From Candidatus Gemmiger excrementavium (GTDB lineage: Bacteria > Bacillota > Clostridia > Oscillospirales > Ruminococcaceae): 64,000 nucleotides of DNA. The notes below the pieces were generated by a model. That model saw only the letters and a list, made by a program, of their open reading frames with translations. It was not told where the DNA came from and ran no database searches. The translations under genes and the position numbers were made by a program. Below are positions 61,137 to 64,000 of this stretch, in pieces. Position 1 is the first letter of the stretch; each line of letters starts with the position of its first letter. The stretch lies in the NCBI GenBank assembly GCA_019116485.1, contig DXBO01000027.1, forward strand, positions 17,373 through 81,372. The letters run 5' to 3'.

Positions 61137-62422
61137 TCCGCGTTTTTCTTGTTGACGACGAGCCTCTGGTCCTCATCGGCATGCAGAGTATGCTGGACTG
61201 GCCCGCCCTGGGCTACGAGCTGGCGGGCACCGCCCGCAACGGCGCCGAGGCGCTGGAAAAGATCGGGGAACTGCACCCCGACATCGTAGTGTCGGACATC
61301 CGTATGCCGGTGCTGGACGGGTTGCAGCTGGCCGCCCGTTCCCACGAGGAATGCGGTGCCCTGCCGGTGTTTATCATTCTGACCAGCTACGAGGAATTCG
61401 ACTATGTGCGCCGCAGCCTGGGGCTGGGTGCCGTGGATTACCTGGTCAAGATGGACCTGACCGCCGAAAGCCTGACCGCCGCCCTGGACCGGGCCAAGTC
61501 CGCCATTGAAAAAGAAAAGGCGCTGCATGCCCCGGCCCACCCCGCCACCGGCAGCCTGGAATCCTACCGGGAACGGTTTTTCATCCAGCTGTACAGCGGG
61601 CTGTTTTCCAACGACGCCATCATCCGGGAACATTGCCAGGAACTGGACCTGACCCTGGACGCCGCCGCTTACGCCGTGGCCATTGCCGATATCCGCAACC
61701 GGGAACTGGACCCCGAACAGCAGCTGGCCCTGAGCGCCGGTGTCACCCGGATGGCTGCCGACATCCTGCCCAAGTACCTGCCCTGCCATGTGACCGGCAT
61801 GGACCTGCGCCATTTTTCGGTGCTGGTACTGCTGGACAGCCGGGACGGCCTGGAGGAACTGCTGACCCCGGTACTGCAAAAGGTCAACACCATCCTGTAC
61901 AAATACTTTTCCACCACCCTGTGGTGGGCGGTGGGCACCCCTACCGACGCCCCCCGTCAGATACCTCAGAGCCAGAAAAACGCGCTTTCGGCCCTGCCGC
62001 TGCTCAGCGAGGAGGAGCCCATCGTCTTTTACCGGGCCGAAGCCCGCACCCCCCTGGACCACCGCACCCGCATCGTGGCCGAAGTGCAGGATTACATCCG
62101 CAAAAATCCCGACAAACGCCTCTCCCTCAACGATGTGGCCGCCGTATTCAATTTCAGCCCCGGCTACCTGAGCCAGTTGTTCAGCCAGAACGGCGAGACC
62201 AGCTTTGTGGAATTTGTCACCGAGACCCGCATCTCCGCCGCCAAGGAGATGATGGCTTCCACCGACCTGAAAATCTATGAGATCAGCGAGCGTTTGGGCT
62301 TTGAGAGCGCTTTCTATTTCAGCAAGGTATTCAAAAAGATCGAGGGGGTCAGCCCCCGCACCTACCTGCAAAAACTGCGCGGCGACGCCGACGCCAAGGA
62401 GGAAACGCCCGATGTTGACTGA
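61133..62422 (+). CDS. Response regulator with an AraC-type HTH output (YesN-like)
   Basis: MIRVFLVDDEPLVL...VVSDIRMPVLDG receiver domain. C-terminal LSLNDVAAVFNFSPGYLSQLF...FYFSKVFKKIEGVSPRTY. ATGA overlap with the kinase gene. Confidence 0.9.
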   Translation: MIRVFLVDDEPLVLIGMQSMLDWPALGYELAGTARNGAEALEKIGELHPDIVVSDIRMPVLDGLQLAARSHEECGALPVFIILTSYEEFDYVRRSLGLGAVDYLVKMDLTAESLTAALDRAKSAIEKEKALHAPAHPATGSLESYRERFFIQLYSGLFSNDAIIREHCQELDLTLDAAAYAVAIADIRNRELDPEQQLALSAGVTRMAADILPKYLPCHVTGMDLRHFSVLVLLDSRDGLEELLTPVLQKVNTILYKYFSTTLWWAVGTPTDAPRQIPQSQKNALSALPLLSEEEPIVFYRAEARTPLDHRTRIVAEVQDYIRKNPDKRLSLNDVAAVFNFSPGYLSQLFSQNGETSFVEFVTETRISAAKEMMASTDLKIYEISERLGFESAFYFSKVFKKIEGVSPRTYLQKLRGDADAKEETPDVD

Positions 62423-64000
62423 ACTGCTGGCCGCCAGGCCGGATTTTGCCCCCGGCCGCTGGGTCCCCTGCCCGCCGGTGCGGGACCGGGCTGCCTGGGA
62501 CACCCTGCCCGCCTTTGACCGGTGGCTGTACGCCGGCGGCCAGGCCGCCCGGGACGCCCGGCATATTCCGCCGCTGCCCCTGCACCTGTGGCTGGACTTT
62601 ACCCATACCGGCAACCGCGCCCGGTACGAACACGCCTACTTTGCCCGCCGCCGCCTGCTGTGCCGGCTGGTGATGGCGGAATGCATGGGCGACACCGGGG
62701 AATTTCTGCCCCCCATCGCCGATCTGGTCTGGGCCATCTGCGAGGAGAGTGCCTGGCAGCTGCCCGCCCACAACAGTTATGTACGGGATATGCCCCAGTT
62801 GCCCCTGCCCGATACCACCCGCCCTGTGGTGGACCTGTTTGCCGCCGAGACCGGCGCCCTGCTGGCCATGGTACACTACCTGCTGGGCCGTGCGCTGGAC
62901 AGCGCCATGCCCGGCCTGGAAAAGCGGCTCACCGGCGAGGTGGAGCGCCGCATCCTGCGGCCCTGGGAGCGGGAACATTTCTGGTGGATGGGCAACGGCG
63001 ACGAACCCATGTGCAACTGGACCACCTGGTGCACCCAGAACTGCCTGATCGCCACCGCGCTGCTGCACCCCGGCAGCCCCCGGCGCATCCGCGCCGCCGT
63101 GGCCCGGGCGGCGTACAGCATCGACTGTTTCCTGAAAGATTACGGCGAGGACGGCTGCTGCAGCGAGGGCGCCCAGTACTACCGCCATGCTTCGCTGACA
63201 CTGTTCAACGCGCTGGAAATCCTGTGCGCCCTGGCACCCGGCGTGTTTGACTGTGTATGGCAGCAGCCCAAGGTCCGCAACATGGCTGAATACATCGCCC
63301 ATATGCATGTGGCCGGGCGGTATTACCTGAATTTTTCCGATTGCAGCCCCCTGGCCGGCGTGCGGGGCGTACGGGAATTTTTGTTTGGCAAACGGGTGGG
63401 CAGCATACCGCTGATGGCGCTGGCTGCTGCCGACTTTGCCGCCGACCCGGACCCTGACGGCCTGCACCACGCGGATGATTCCGAGGGGATCAACCTCTAT
63501 TATATGGTGCAGATCGCCTTCGGCGAGGCGGAAGTCCGCGCCTTTACCGCATCGGGCGCCGCCACTCCCGGCGACATATGGTATCCCAGCGTAGGGCTGC
63601 GGGTCTGCCGGGCCGGTGCCTTTGTGGCGGGCATCAAGGCGGGCGGCAATGCCGACAGTCACAACCACAATGACACCGGCAGCGTGACCCTGTACAAAAA
63701 CGGCCAACCGCTGCTCATCGACGTGGGGGTGGAGACCTACAGCAAAAAGACTTTCAGCCCCCGCCGGTACGAAATCTGGACCATGCAGTCCTGCTGGCAC
63801 AACCTGCCCCGCTTTGTGGGGGACGGCGCAGTATACGACCAGCATGACGGCGCCCGGTACACCGCCCGGGAGGTCCAGCCCCTGGAGGGCGGCCTGTCCA
63901 TGGACCTGGCCCCCGCCTACGGCGCCGTGCCGGGGCTGAGCTGTTACCGCCGCACTGCCCGGCTGACCGACGCCGGACTGACCCTGTGCGACGAGACCGA
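62412..64000 (+). CDS. Heparinase II/III-like (polysaccharide lyase-like) protein. 5' part only; the gene continues past the window end.
   Basis: Own translation from ATG 62412: MLTELLAARPDFAPGRWVP... The frame is open to the window end, so it is absent from the ORF track. GGNADSHNHNDTGSVTLY resembles the His-rich heparinase II/III C-domain motif. Confidence 0.7.
   Translation, partial: MLTELLAARPDFAPGRWVPCPPVRDRAAWDTLPAFDRWLYAGGQAARDARHIPPLPLHLWLDFTHTGNRARYEHAYFARRRLLCRLVMAECMGDTGEFLPPIADLVWAICEESAWQLPAHNSYVRDMPQLPLPDTTRPVVDLFAAETGALLAMVHYLLGRALDSAMPGLEKRLTGEVERRILRPWEREHFWWMGNGDEPMCNWTTWCTQNCLIATALLHPGSPRRIRAAVARAAYSIDCFLKDYGEDGCCSEGAQYYRHASLTLFNALEILCALAPGVFDCVWQQPKVRNMAEYIAHMHVAGRYYLNFSDCSPLAGVRGVREFLFGKRVGSIPLMALAAADFAADPDPDGLHHADDSEGINLYYMVQIAFGEAEVRAFTASGAATPGDIWYPSVGLRVCRAGAFVAGIKAGGNADSHNHNDTGSVTLYKNGQPLLIDVGVETYSKKTFSPRRYEIWTMQSCWHNLPRFVGDGAVYDQHDGARYTAREVQPLEGGLSMDLAPAYGAVPGLSCYRRTARLTDAGLTLCDET

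Noticed and set aside
62349-63845. 498-aa minus-strand ORF at the right end of the window
   Set aside because: It is antisense to the open plus-strand frame that starts at 62412. That frame has heparinase II/III-like motifs and starts within the response-regulator stop region, overlapping it by 11 nt. The minus-strand ORF's composition is shadow-like.
1-64000. CRISPR arrays, rRNA genes, toxin-antitoxin pairs and other recognisable defence systems
   Set aside because: No regularly spaced short repeats, no rRNA-like sequence and no small paired ORFs with recognisable TA motifs were seen. All intergenic gaps are short and are accounted for by promoters, terminators or the elements listed.

Overview
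High-G+C window with Gram-positive features: GGAGG-type RBSs, lipobox lipoproteins and a pel locus without pelBC. It is probably from a Clostridia/Oscillospiraceae-like gut anaerobe (inference only). I support about 50 CDSs, one tRNA, one IS element and a set of promoters and terminators. All calls rest on reading the translations and DNA by eye; no searches were run. Left to right: (1) 1-6121, an envelope-glycopolymer locus with three GT-C-like polytopic membrane proteins and an SDR epimerase. (2) 6238-7288, an IS481-family element inserted between a terminator and a promoter, flanked by a 26-bp direct duplication. (3) 7345-19911, housekeeping genes: ppiB, a Zn-PLC-like protein, an MFS transporter, a TrmH-family methyltransferase, cysK, pyrG, citrate synthase, a CBS-pyrophosphatase and typA. 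A densely hairpinned ~290-bp element lies after pyrG. (4) 19998-23664, three tandem paralogous lipoproteins of unknown function, next to tRNA-Pro. (5) 23954-36264, the most interesting region: a tightly packed nine-gene minus-strand operon. A Gram-positive-type pel cluster (pelD-E-A(DUF2194)-F-G) runs directly into cotH, a VTC-domain gene, DUF4956 and DUF4832. (6) 36455-38786, trxA-rhodanese-CoA-disulfide-reductase/rhodanese, followed by Crp/Fnr and AraC regulators. (7) 40713-48174, an msm-like raffinose operon ending in an amylosucrase-type GH13. (8) 48251-64000, a uronate/glycosaminoglycan-type utilisation locus: GH2, DUF2264, beta-glucuronidase, GH88, an ABC importer, YesMN-like two-component genes and a heparinase II/III-like gene. 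Most long ORFs antisense to these genes are high-GC shadow frames.
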